64,000 bases of DNA from a virus. The stretch lies in the IMG/VR virus record IMGVR_UViG_3300049740_000832. One strand, written 5' to 3'. This document shows, piece by piece, positions 36,614 through 45,977 of this stretch; the stretch's first letter is position 1; each line of letters opens with the position of its first letter. The position numbers and the translations under genes were made by a program. The notes under the pieces were generated by a model that saw only the letters and a list, made by a program, of their open reading frames with translations, did not search any database and had not been told where the DNA came from.

Positions 36614-37293
36614 TGAATAAAATATTCTTAGTTTTATTAACAACACTGGTTACTGCTTGTGTTGTTTGGTCAGGGCCTGCATTCGGTAAGAACTATATCA
36701 AACTTGGTTACAAAGTAGAAGATAGTAATACCAAGAGTTTCAATCTACATCAAAAGTTTATATGGGAGCCTGAAGGTAAAGACTTTCAGATTGAAACTGA
36801 AACCAATGTCTATAAAACTTCAGTGAATGGTGAAGACCTTACTGACCGCGCAGATGGTGAGTATGAGTTTATTCTTAATTTCACACCAAGACATTATGGT
36901 ATTGCAAACTTTGGTTTTAACTACAATGCCAATCGTTTGATGGCAGAGTTCCGGCCGCATACAGGTGTGGGATGGGGATATAAGTTCTTCCGCAACGATA
37001 AATGGAAGATGTCTCATGAGTTCACCATCACACAGATGGGAACTGAGGACTATACAGAACTCGTTTGGCGAAACTCTACTTGGATTAGATACAAACACCC
37101 TGACTCTCCTATCAGTATCACTAACAAGTATTTGTGGGAAAATGGTGACTATCATGAGTTGACCAAGAATCAGTTCAGTATCGATTACCATGTCAGTAAG
37201 AATTTAATGTTCTCTCTCAACGACCTTTATATCAGCGATGATTCCGAAGAAGAATATAGTGTGACCTATATTTCACTTGGTTACAATTTTTGA
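36613..37293 (+). CDS. Outer-membrane beta-barrel protein (DUF481-like)
   Basis: Signal peptide; amphipathic strands; GVGWGYKF; C-terminal SLGYNF beta-signal. Confidence 0.7.
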   Translation: MNKIFLVLLTTLVTACVVWSGPAFGKNYIKLGYKVEDSNTKSFNLHQKFIWEPEGKDFQIETETNVYKTSVNGEDLTDRADGEYEFILNFTPRHYGIANFGFNYNANRLMAEFRPHTGVGWGYKFFRNDKWKMSHEFTITQMGTEDYTELVWRNSTWIRYKHPDSPISITNKYLWENGDYHELTKNQFSIDYHVSKNLMFSLNDLYISDDSEEEYSVTYISLGYNF

Positions 37294-37303
37294 TAAAAAA
37301 AGT

Positions 37304-37332
37304 TTGACTTTTCCGCCCATTTAGGGTATAAT
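37304..37332 (+). promoter_or_regulatory. sigma70-type promoter
   Basis: TTGACT-17nt-TATAAT. Confidence 0.75.
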
Positions 37333-37408
37333 ACTATAATCTGAAAACTCGTCTGGGTATAGATATAACTATCCCCAAACAAAACCTTTGACTCTAAGGA
37401 CACCCTCA

Positions 37409-39394
37409 ATGCCCGTAAAGATTGACCGAAACAAAGATGACATCCTTGCAGAATACGCTGTCGGAATGTTAAAAGATTTCTACCTACTAGATTATGAAGA
37501 TTCACCACAGGAAGGTTTTGCAAGAGCAGCAAGGGCGTGGTCAAAATATAGAGAGGAAATAGATGATGCACTCGCACAACGTCTATATGATTATGTTAGT
37601 AATAAGCATTTTATGTTTGCTAGTCCAGTATTATCTAACGCTCCCAACGGAAAGAAAAAAGACAAAGGGATGCCTATCTCTTGTTTCCTCACATATGTCC
37701 CCGATACTCTTGAGGGTCTTATTAGCCATTCTAGTGAGCTTCGGTGGCTTTCTGTTTACGGTGGCGGTGTTGGCGGACATTGGTCTAGTGTGCGAACGGT
37801 CAGTGACATTGCGCCAGGGCCAATCCCATTTCTGCATACGGTAGATGCAGACATGATTGCTTACCGTCAGGGTAAGACACGCAAGGGTTCTTATGCCGCA
37901 TATATGGATATCTCACATCCTGACGTTGTAGAATTTATGAACATGAGAATTCCTACAGGTGATGTGCAAAGAAAGGCGTTGAACCTTCATAACGCTATAA
38001 ATATAACTGATGAGTTCATGGAGTGTGTCAGAGAAGACAAAGACTTTGACCTTCGTGACCCAAAGAATAGTGAAGTAAAAGAAACAGTTAATGCTCGTAA
38101 GTTGTGGGAACGTCTCCTTGAGATTCGTTTTCGAACAGGTGAACCTTATCTTAACTTCATAGATACGGCAAACAATGCGTTACCGCAACCGTTAAAAGAT
38201 AAAGGACTAAAGATTCACGGGTCAAACCTGTGTAATGAGATTCACCTACCAACCAGCGCAGACAGAACTGCGGTGTGTTGCCTGTCATCTCTGAATTTAG
38301 AATACTACGATGAATGGAAAGATACAACTATTGTGCGTGACCTTGTTAGGATGCTCGATAATGTCTTGCAATACTTTATCGACAACGCACCCGACACCAT
38401 TGCCAGAGCAAAATACAGTGCAGCAAGAGAACGGTCAATCGGACTTGGAGCAATGGGATTCCACAGTCTCCTCCAAAAACATGGAGTCGCATGGGAGTCC
38501 GAAGCCGCAAGAGAAATCAACCGAACCGTGTTTGACCACATTAAATCAGAAGCAGTTGCAGAAACTGAACTCCTTGCCCAAGAACGTGGTGAATATCCTG
38601 ATGGCGATGGGTCTGGAAGGCGCAACTCACACTTGCTTGCCATTGCGCCCAACGCAAGTTCAGGAATAATTCTATCAACAAGTCCTTCTATCGAACCGCT
38701 GAAGGCAAATGCATATACTCATCGAACTCGTGCGGGTTCATTCTTGGTAAAGAACAAATACCTCGAACAACTGCTTGATGAGAGAAGTGAGAACACCGAA
38801 TCCACTTGGACATCTATTATTACCAAGAAAGGTTCTGTTCAACATCTACCGTTCCTTACCGAAGGTGAGAAGGCAGTATTCAAGACCGCAGATGAACTTG
38901 ACCAGATGTGGGTGGTGCAACACTCCGCAGAACGTCAACAGTTTGTTTGTCAAGGTCAATCTGTGAACCTGTTCTTCCCGTCTGGTGCGGATAAGTCTTA
39001 TGTAAACAAGGTTCACTATAGTGCATGGGCGAAAGGATTGAAAGGTCTCTATTACCTACGCACCGAATCAAAACAACGGGCAGAGAACGTGTCTGAGAAG
39101 GTAGAACGTGTCGCACTACAAGGTGATATGCGTTCTATCGTCTATGGTAAGTCCGACTGTCCATTCTGTTCTATGGCAAAGGAAGAACTCCGCTTGAGGG
39201 GTATTCCTTTTGATTACATCGACCTGAAAGAGATAGGTAAGACCGCTCGTGAAGTGACAGGCCGAGATGTCAAAACAGTCCCACAGATTTATCTGGAAGG
39301 AGAATATGTGGGCGGATATGAAGAACTTATGGAATACCTAAACAAATCATTAGAAACACAAGAAGACGATGAATGTCGTGCTTGCGAGGGATAA
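37409..39394 (+). CDS. nrdA: Class I ribonucleotide reductase alpha subunit with fused glutaredoxin
   Basis: PISCFL, GSNLCNEI, VCCLSSLN, IAPNASS, GLYYLR; Grx CPFC..TVPQI..GGY; terminal CRAC. Confidence 0.95.
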   Translation: MPVKIDRNKDDILAEYAVGMLKDFYLLDYEDSPQEGFARAARAWSKYREEIDDALAQRLYDYVSNKHFMFASPVLSNAPNGKKKDKGMPISCFLTYVPDTLEGLISHSSELRWLSVYGGGVGGHWSSVRTVSDIAPGPIPFLHTVDADMIAYRQGKTRKGSYAAYMDISHPDVVEFMNMRIPTGDVQRKALNLHNAINITDEFMECVREDKDFDLRDPKNSEVKETVNARKLWERLLEIRFRTGEPYLNFIDTANNALPQPLKDKGLKIHGSNLCNEIHLPTSADRTAVCCLSSLNLEYYDEWKDTTIVRDLVRMLDNVLQYFIDNAPDTIARAKYSAARERSIGLGAMGFHSLLQKHGVAWESEAAREINRTVFDHIKSEAVAETELLAQERGEYPDGDGSGRRNSHLLAIAPNASSGIILSTSPSIEPLKANAYTHRTRAGSFLVKNKYLEQLLDERSENTESTWTSIITKKGSVQHLPFLTEGEKAVFKTADELDQMWVVQHSAERQQFVCQGQSVNLFFPSGADKSYVNKVHYSAWAKGLKGLYYLRTESKQRAENVSEKVERVALQGDMRSIVYGKSDCPFCSMAKEELRLRGIPFDYIDLKEIGKTAREVTGRDVKTVPQIYLEGEYVGGYEELMEYLNKSLETQEDDECRACEG

Positions 39395-39398
39395 AAAA

Positions 39399-40361
39399 AT
39401 GTCATTACTAGATTTTTCAAAAACATACCGGCCGTTCCTCTACCCGTGGGCAGTGGAACTATCAAAGAAACACGAAGAGATACACTGGATTGAAGACGAA
39501 GCAGAACTGTCCGAAGACGTTCAGGATTGGAAGACTAAACTGAGTGAACCAGAGAAGAACTTTATCACACAGGTTCTCCGTCTGTTTACACAATCAGATG
39601 TTCAAGTTGGTGAGAACTACCACGAACTTCTGATTCCAAAGTTCAAGAATAATGAAGTCCGTAATATGTTATCATCGTTTGCGGGTCGAGAAGCAGTTCA
39701 CCAACGTGCATATGCATTGTTGAATGATACTCTGGGTCTGCCTGATGAGGACTTCCATATGTTCCTCGAATACAAAGAGATGTCCGACAAGATTGACTTC
39801 ATGAAACAGGGTGACATCAACAGTCATACGGGTCTGGCATTGGCCCTCGCACAGTCTGTATTCAACGAAGGTCTGTCAGTGTTCGCATCGTTTGTGATGT
39901 TGTTGAACTTCCAACGGTATGGTAAGATGAAGGGTATGGGAACAATTGTTGAGTGGTCTATTCGTGACGAGACTCTGCATGTTCAGGGTAACGCGAAACT
40001 ATTCCGTGAGTTCTGTGAAGAACATCCGCGCATCGTGAACGATGAACTGAAATCTAAAATCTATCAGATGGCAAAAGATGTAGTCAAACTCGAAGACCGT
40101 TTCATCAAACTTGCTTTTGATGGTATGGAGATGGAAGGTCTGACCGAAGAGGATGTCAAACAATATATCCGTCACATCGCAGACCGTAGACTCCTACAAC
40201 TTGGTATGAAACCAAAGTTTGGTGTCAAGGATAATCCCCTACCGTGGTTAGACTGGGTATTAAATGGTGCATCGCATGACAACTTCTTCGAGAAACGTGT
40301 TACCGAATACTCTGTAAATGGTATGGAAGGTGACTGGGGTTGGGATGAAGTTGCAGCATAA
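39399..40361 (+). CDS. nrdB: Ribonucleotide reductase beta subunit
   Basis: FTQSD, EAVHQRAY, RDETLH, NFFE.RVTEY. Confidence 0.95.
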   Translation: MSLLDFSKTYRPFLYPWAVELSKKHEEIHWIEDEAELSEDVQDWKTKLSEPEKNFITQVLRLFTQSDVQVGENYHELLIPKFKNNEVRNMLSSFAGREAVHQRAYALLNDTLGLPDEDFHMFLEYKEMSDKIDFMKQGDINSHTGLALALAQSVFNEGLSVFASFVMLLNFQRYGKMKGMGTIVEWSIRDETLHVQGNAKLFREFCEEHPRIVNDELKSKIYQMAKDVVKLEDRFIKLAFDGMEMEGLTEEDVKQYIRHIADRRLLQLGMKPKFGVKDNPLPWLDWVLNGASHDNFFEKRVTEYSVNGMEGDWGWDEVAA

Positions 40362-40477
40362 TGGACGAATCGTATGAACTCGAATGTGAAGTTTGTGACC
40401 ATCGAACTGAAGTCCTAGTTTACGATAGCGAGGAAGAGCCCTCATTCTGCCCTATGTGCGGAACACCAATATCATAA
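40361..40477 (+). CDS. 38-aa zinc-ribbon protein
   Basis: CEVC...FCPMCG; TAATG overlap with nrdB. Confidence 0.65.
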   Translation: MDESYELECEVCDHRTEVLVYDSEEEPSFCPMCGTPIS

Positions 40478-40491
40478 CCATATATACATTC

Positions 40492-40896
40492 ATGTGGATG
40501 TATGAAAATAAAGTATTTGAACCAGTAGACGAATTCCTTGAAGAATATCAGGGGTTCGTCTACTGTATTACAAATCTACAGAACGGTAAAAAGTATATTG
40601 GTAAAAAGTTTTTCTGGAAACCCAAAGTGTTACCCAAGACAAAAACCAGAAAGAGAAAAGTGAGGACAAGAGTCCAGTCTGATTGGCAAAGTTACCACGG
40701 GTCTTCTGGCGCCGTTCTAGACCTATTAGAACAGGGTGTTTCCTTCAATCGAGAGATACTACGACTTTGTAAGACTAAAGGTGAATGTTCTTACTATGAG
40801 GCAAAACTGCAATTTGAAAATGACGTATTGTTAAATGATGACTACTACAATGAATTCATCGGGTGTAAAATACACTCAAGACATCTTAAATCGTGA
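40492..40896 (+). CDS. GIY-YIG-like nuclease
   Basis: GFVYCITN..NGKKYIGKK ... YYN. Confidence 0.7.
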   Translation: MWMYENKVFEPVDEFLEEYQGFVYCITNLQNGKKYIGKKFFWKPKVLPKTKTRKRKVRTRVQSDWQSYHGSSGAVLDLLEQGVSFNREILRLCKTKGECSYYEAKLQFENDVLLNDDYYNEFIGCKIHSRHLKS

Positions 40897-42103
40897 TATA
40901 ATCAATAGAGAGATTTGGTGGTCTGACCATCAAAACCAACCAGAACCTAGAGAATCACGCGAATATTTTATTCGACTAATCAATAGATGGAAACATCTAT
41001 TAGAACTTAGTGGTGTAGTAAAAGGCAATCTCGTAACAATTTCACTCCTAAGTGTTGATACTATGCATGTCTCTGCAATCATCGCATGTGCAGAGATGGG
41101 TCTAAAGATTATATTGTTAGACAGTCCCGCGACAGAAGAATCTCTTCCATACACCAAACTTGCGCTACATGGGCCATCTGATTTTTATCTACATTTTAGT
41201 CATGAGGGTGATGGTGTGTATGGTGGTCTCCACGGTGAGATGATGAGACGATATGGGGGACAATCGATAGATGCGGTAAAACTGCCAGAAATGTCAACTG
41301 AAGATACAACGTTTAATTATGAAATTTCTCCTGATGACCCTCTATTGATGAGTTCTACTTCTGGAACAACTAAACCATCTAGACCAGTTTACTTCTCTCA
41401 TCGAGAAGTTATGACAATCTCCCGTAGGAATGTGGATATATTTAAGTTTGATGAGAACTCAAAGGTTGTTCACTCAAGAAACCTACATCATGCTTCTGCA
41501 ATGTTGACATCTCTCATTCCATCTCTAATGGTTGCAAATAGACATCTGACTCTTCCAATAAGTCACGATACAAACCTAGATGTGAATGGTGCGAATGAGA
41601 GTTCATGGCAGATGATTTATAATGACGAGTTTACTCATGTTATGATAGCAAACGAAAAGTCGTTGAGACTATTTCTCGATAAATTTGATAAACCATTTAA
41701 GAAACCCCTGAACATCAATATGTGTGGGTTCACTCTTAATGAGACTTTCGTAGACCTCGCACGAGAATATAATGTGAAGTTTCATTCTCACTACGGGTCT
41801 ATTGATACTGCAATCCCTTTACTGATAAACTTTGTTGACGAGGATAGTGTGGTCAAAGAAAATGGTCTGGGTGTGTTGGCAGATGACTTCTATCAGTTCG
41901 ATGGTAAAGAGATTCGGTGTGAACTCTGGGACGAACCACGATATATCGAGGACACGTTATATCTGATTGACGGTCATTTCTTTATCGAACCAAGAGAACT
42001 ACCCGAAGTTCCAGATGATGTTGACCTAGAACCCTTCTTTCAAGATACGAAGATAAACTTCGAACAACTTCGTGGATATCTAAATGAACGCAATAAGTCG
42101 TGA
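40835..42103 (+). CDS. ANL-superfamily (AMP-binding) adenylation-like protein
   Basis: SSTSGTTKPSRPV P-loop, LHH, HYGSID; start uncertain. Confidence 0.65.
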   Translation: MMTTTMNSSGVKYTQDILNRDIINREIWWSDHQNQPEPRESREYFIRLINRWKHLLELSGVVKGNLVTISLLSVDTMHVSAIIACAEMGLKIILLDSPATEESLPYTKLALHGPSDFYLHFSHEGDGVYGGLHGEMMRRYGGQSIDAVKLPEMSTEDTTFNYEISPDDPLLMSSTSGTTKPSRPVYFSHREVMTISRRNVDIFKFDENSKVVHSRNLHHASAMLTSLIPSLMVANRHLTLPISHDTNLDVNGANESSWQMIYNDEFTHVMIANEKSLRLFLDKFDKPFKKPLNINMCGFTLNETFVDLAREYNVKFHSHYGSIDTAIPLLINFVDEDSVVKENGLGVLADDFYQFDGKEIRCELWDEPRYIEDTLYLIDGHFFIEPRELPEVPDDVDLEPFFQDTKINFEQLRGYLNERNKS

Positions 42104-43043
42104 GATTATTCGGAAAGACCTCCTAATCGATGATGTCGATTATGAGAATCTATGTCTTTCTATCAACCAACACAAACGTTTCTTTCTGTCAAAGGGTATG
42201 GAGAAGGGTGATGTCGTATGTCTCAACCTTCCGCCTGATGGTGTATCATATATTGCATCCTATATCGCATGTCTTGAACTGGGACTACCACTATTCATAT
42301 GGGATGACTTTCTCTGGGATATCACAAATGACGAACACATACATGGCGGCGCGAAAGATTTTGTAAAGAGAAGTGATAGGGTCATTGACAATATCACCAA
42401 CTGGACATCTAAGTTTAATACCAATCGTCATTTCATTCAACATACGATATTTGATGAAGACCTAAACTATGAGTTGTTTCCTTACTGGGCAAAGGCAATG
42501 GATGCTCTCAGGGAGACTGGATTTAGACATTCGTATGAGGGTGTAAAGGGTATGCCGACAGATGATATCCAACCGTGGTGGGTCAGTAAAGAAGATGTTG
42601 CAATCGTGGTGAACTATAATCTGGATTCGGACGAACCTAAATTCAAAGATGTTACCCATCAAGAACTTCTATCTGGATTGAAAGACTTTCCGAAGGATGA
42701 GGTGTTTGGATTCAGCACATCACTTCACCACCATGACATTCTACAAAAAGGTATCCTACCCGCATTGATGAACTCAAAAAGATTGGTGTATCTGTTCACT
42801 CCGTCTCCTAAACTATATGGTGAGAGAGTGAAAGTGTTTCTTCGTAGAACAACACGCAAAATGAAACGATACGGTGTCAATGCGATGTATACGGATGGGC
42901 CTGATAGTATGAGTAATTTGTTTGAAATAATGGGAGATGATGACTTTCTTGAGACTATCAGGATTATAATTACCGAAGAAAGAGGAGAATTCCACGATTA
43001 TTGGGAGGCAGAAAAAAATATTATTTTCGAAAAAAGTGCTTGA
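42084..43043 (+). CDS. Degenerate ANL-like paralogue
   Basis: Shares I.R.II, G..KG..V, AC.E.GL, TH.E and SLHH, but lacks TSGTT. Confidence 0.5.
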   Translation: MNAISREIIRKDLLIDDVDYENLCLSINQHKRFFLSKGMEKGDVVCLNLPPDGVSYIASYIACLELGLPLFIWDDFLWDITNDEHIHGGAKDFVKRSDRVIDNITNWTSKFNTNRHFIQHTIFDEDLNYELFPYWAKAMDALRETGFRHSYEGVKGMPTDDIQPWWVSKEDVAIVVNYNLDSDEPKFKDVTHQELLSGLKDFPKDEVFGFSTSLHHHDILQKGILPALMNSKRLVYLFTPSPKLYGERVKVFLRRTTRKMKRYGVNAMYTDGPDSMSNLFEIMGDDDFLETIRIIITEERGEFHDYWEAEKNIIFEKSA

Positions 43044-43068
43044 CATATCATGTTCTTTTTGTTATAGT
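43040..43068 (+). promoter_or_regulatory. sigma70-type promoter
   Basis: TTGACA-17nt-TATAGT with extended -10 TG. Confidence 0.8.
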
Positions 43069-43097
43069 AAGATATAGTTGAGAAAAGGAGAGAAACT

Positions 43098-43526
43098 ATG
43101 GCTTATGTAACACAAGAGATGAAAAAAGAGTTGGCGCCTGGCATCAAGGCGGTTCTCAAGAAGTATGGTATGAAAGGTTCTATCAGTATCAACAACTATA
43201 GTTCTTTGGTTGTGACCCTGAAAGAAGGGCCTTTGTCTTTTACTGGTGTTGACCGGCGTGGTGAGAATATTTACTACCCTGCTACTGATGGCAATATCCA
43301 CAGTCAAGTCAATACATACCACGTTGATAAATTTTACACTGGAGAGACTGCTGACTTTCTGAATGAGTTGGTTGCCGCCATGAAAGGTGTAACGAGTCGT
43401 GGTGAGTGGTATGACAAGACCGATATCATGACTGACTACTTTGACATCGCATACTATGTAAACGTCAATGTTGGTAAGTTTGATAAAGGTTACATCCAAA
43501 CGGGTGTGGAGTCGCTCGCCGCATAA
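43098..43526 (+). CDS. Hypothetical early protein ending in LAA
   Basis: AAGGAG RBS; own promoter and terminator. Confidence 0.7.
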   Translation: MAYVTQEMKKELAPGIKAVLKKYGMKGSISINNYSSLVVTLKEGPLSFTGVDRRGENIYYPATDGNIHSQVNTYHVDKFYTGETADFLNELVAAMKGVTSRGEWYDKTDIMTDYFDIAYYVNVNVGKFDKGYIQTGVESLAA

Positions 43527-43590
43527 ATAGGAATACGGGACATCCCCGTTATAAGTGCGAAACCTATCTCTGCGGAGTAGGGAGTAGGGT

Positions 43591-43624
43591 AAAGGGGGCG
43601 GTGTCAGACTGCCCCTTTTATTTT
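43591..43624 (+). terminator. Intrinsic terminator
   Basis: AAAGGGGGCGGT-GTCAG-ACTGCCCCTTTT, then ATTTT. Confidence 0.8.
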
Positions 43625-43628
43625 GTGC

Positions 43629-43657
43629 TTGACAAAAGTTGGAAAATATGTTAGTAT
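43629..43657 (+). promoter_or_regulatory. sigma70-type promoter
   Basis: TTGACA-17nt-TAGTAT with extended -10 TG. Confidence 0.7.
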
Positions 43658-43681
43658 ACATATGATGAAAGGAATATTGTT

Positions 43682-43870
43682 ATGAAACTAAATCTTGACC
43701 CAGAAATTTTGCAGAAGAGGTATGCAATCAAAGGGTTTCTAGAGTCGGCTGAAAATGACCTAGAGAAGGCACAGAAGCGTGGAAACAAGGAATCTGTGGC
43801 AACTTATACATATCTTGTAGGTGAATATCAGATAATGTTAGAAGAATTTGATGAATATTACGACCTGTAG
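43682..43870 (+). CDS. Hypothetical protein
   Basis: AAGGA RBS. Confidence 0.6.
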   Translation: MKLNLDPEILQKRYAIKGFLESAENDLEKAQKRGNKESVATYTYLVGEYQIMLEEFDEYYDL

Positions 43871-43908
43871 AGAACCCTAAAACACTATATAATATATACG
43901 GAGAAATA

Positions 43909-44328
43909 ATGGAACTTGAAGTTTTTGAAATTTTTCACCAGTTTTCGCAAATGAAAACTCGAAAAGATAAGATTGCTTTTCTAAAAGAAAAAGGCAATAT
44001 CCCCGCAGTCAAGGATGTCATTCGCGGTGCATTTGATGACCGACTACAATTCATCCTTCCCGCAGGCAAACCCCCATACACCCCTAATCGACCAGAGAGT
44101 GTTCCCTCAACTTTGAGAAAGAAACACCGTGAGTTTGGCGACTATGTGAAAGGCGCTCGTTCTGCACAGTTGAAACAGTTCCAAATCGAAAAACAATTCA
44201 TTCAAATGTTAGAAGCAATTCATCCAGAAGATGCACTTATCGTTCTGGACATGGTGAACAAGAAGTCACCAGTTAAAGGTTTGACTAAAAAGATTGCAGA
44301 GGAGGCATTCCCGAATCTGATATCTTAA
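43909..44328 (+). CDS. Conserved T4-like protein (DUF6433-like)
   Basis: LP.G.PPY.PN ... FIQMLE.IHP.DA. Confidence 0.7.
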   Translation: MELEVFEIFHQFSQMKTRKDKIAFLKEKGNIPAVKDVIRGAFDDRLQFILPAGKPPYTPNRPESVPSTLRKKHREFGDYVKGARSAQLKQFQIEKQFIQMLEAIHPEDALIVLDMVNKKSPVKGLTKKIAEEAFPNLIS

Positions 44329-44372
44329 CTTTTCGTTATGTTTTCTTTCAACTCTAACAACAAGGAGCAATT

Positions 44373-44540
44373 ATGCCAAGAACGCAAATAGAGAGATTGA
44401 AAAACGACAGTAGAGAACTCGATAACTATATCCACCGTCTCAAGAAAAAGGGAAGAGACAACCTTGCTCATAGGTTATCGAAAAAACAAAGTTTTCTCAA
44501 TCAGACTATTGCCGAATACGAAAGTTCAATTCTAGCATAA
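44373..44540 (+). CDS. 55-aa hypothetical protein
   Basis: AAGGAG RBS; MPRTQIERLK...SSILA. Confidence 0.6.
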   Translation: MPRTQIERLKNDSRELDNYIHRLKKKGRDNLAHRLSKKQSFLNQTIAEYESSILA

Positions 44541-44602
44541 AGGTAGGTGGTCAAGTATCTCGTTGGGGGTGCTAGCCACCCTCAACGTTACTTGGAGACA
44601 AA

Positions 44603-44836
44603 ATGCCAACATATACAATGATGCATAAAGAGACTGAAGAAGAGAAAGATATCTTCTGTTCTTATGATGAGTCTCAAAAATTTCTTGAAGAAAACCCTGA
44701 TTGGTGTCGAGTAATCGGTGCGCCTGCACTGGTGACACAAACAGGCAATGTAATCAACAAAACATCAGGTGATTGGAAAAACTTGATGGAGAATGTCAAA
44801 AAAGGTTCGGGTAAAGGGAATACTATCAAGACATGA
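44603..44836 (+). CDS. FmdB-like small protein
   Basis: MPTY N-terminus; position upstream of phoH. Confidence 0.55.
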   Translation: MPTYTMMHKETEEEKDIFCSYDESQKFLEENPDWCRVIGAPALVTQTGNVINKTSGDWKNLMENVKKGSGKGNTIKT

Positions 44837-45519
44837 CTATGAAACGTCTCAAGATAGACCACCTGTTAACCTACGAAGCAATCACACAAAATCAAAGAAT
44901 AGCATACGACTCGTGGGATGACAGAGACCATTTGGTTCTCTGTGGTTCGGCAGGAACGGGTAAGACCTTTATCGGAATGTATCTCGCACTCGCGGATGTT
45001 CTAGATAAATCGTATGAACAAGACAAACTTGTTATCGTAAGGAGCGTTGTTCCGACACGGGAGATGGGGTATCTGCCTGGCTCAATCGAGGAGAAGGTTG
45101 ATGCATATACCGCACCGTATCGGTCAATCGCAACCGAACTATTCAATGAGAAACTCGCATATGATATGCTTGAGACACAGGGTGCAATCTCGTTTATGTC
45201 CACTTCATTCATTCGGGGACAGACAATCGATGACGCAATCATTCTGGTTGATGAGATGCAGAACCTTACATACCACGAACTGGATAGTATTATCACTCGT
45301 GTGGGACGCAATACACGCATCATCTTCAGTGGAGACTACTATCAATCAGACCTAAATAAAGAGACTGACAAGAACGGTATTCTGGACTTTATGAACATCA
45401 TGGAAGTCATGAACAACTTTACAACCGTAGAATTCGGATGGGCAGATATTGTAAGGTCAGACTTTGTTCGAGACTATATCATGACCAAAGAAATGGTCGA
45501 AAGAGGAAAACTAAATTGA
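44833..45519 (+). CDS. phoH: PhoH-family ATPase
   Basis: GSAGTGKT, GYLPG, FIRGQT, DEMQN, GDYYQSD, DIVRS. Confidence 0.93.
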   Translation: MTMKRLKIDHLLTYEAITQNQRIAYDSWDDRDHLVLCGSAGTGKTFIGMYLALADVLDKSYEQDKLVIVRSVVPTREMGYLPGSIEEKVDAYTAPYRSIATELFNEKLAYDMLETQGAISFMSTSFIRGQTIDDAIILVDEMQNLTYHELDSIITRVGRNTRIIFSGDYYQSDLNKETDKNGILDFMNIMEVMNNFTTVEFGWADIVRSDFVRDYIMTKEMVERGKLN

Positions 45520-45977
45520 GACTATCACCAAACTTCACCTTGAGTGAATTTACCAAGTCCCAGACTGCTCTGCGACAAGGTATCGACAACACACCGAATG
45601 AAGAACACTTGGTTGCGGCACAGGCGTTGTTCCTGATGGTCGTTCAACCTGTTCGAGATAACTTTGGTGTTACCGTAATCAACTCTGGATACCGTGGCCC
45701 TGCACTGAATGAAGCGGTTGGCGGTTCGTCAAAGTCCCAACATTGTAAGGGTGAGGCAGTGGACATCGAATGTCCAGGCACATCTAACTACGAAGTCGCA
45801 AAGTGGATTGAAGACAATCTGGACTTTGACCAACTCATCCTTGAGTTCTATACGCCTGGCATTCCTGACTCTGGTTGGGTTCATGTGTCGTATAAGGTGG
45901 AAGGTAATCGTAAATCAGTATTGACCGCAATGAGAGAAGATGGCAAGACAGTCTATAAGACTGGACTAATTGAATGA
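45516..45977 (+). CDS. Peptidase M15 endolysin-like protein
   Basis: LSPNFTLSEF, INSGYR, SQH..GEAVD, WVHVS. Confidence 0.85.
   Translation: MRLSPNFTLSEFTKSQTALRQGIDNTPNEEHLVAAQALFLMVVQPVRDNFGVTVINSGYRGPALNEAVGGSSKSQHCKGEAVDIECPGTSNYEVAKWIEDNLDFDQLILEFYTPGIPDSGWVHVSYKVEGNRKSVLTAMREDGKTVYKTGLIE

Noticed and set aside
37409-40896. Intron, intein or homing element in the nrd genes
   Set aside because: Frames are continuous and the extra NrdA domain is a glutaredoxin; the GIY-YIG-like ORF is short and free-standing
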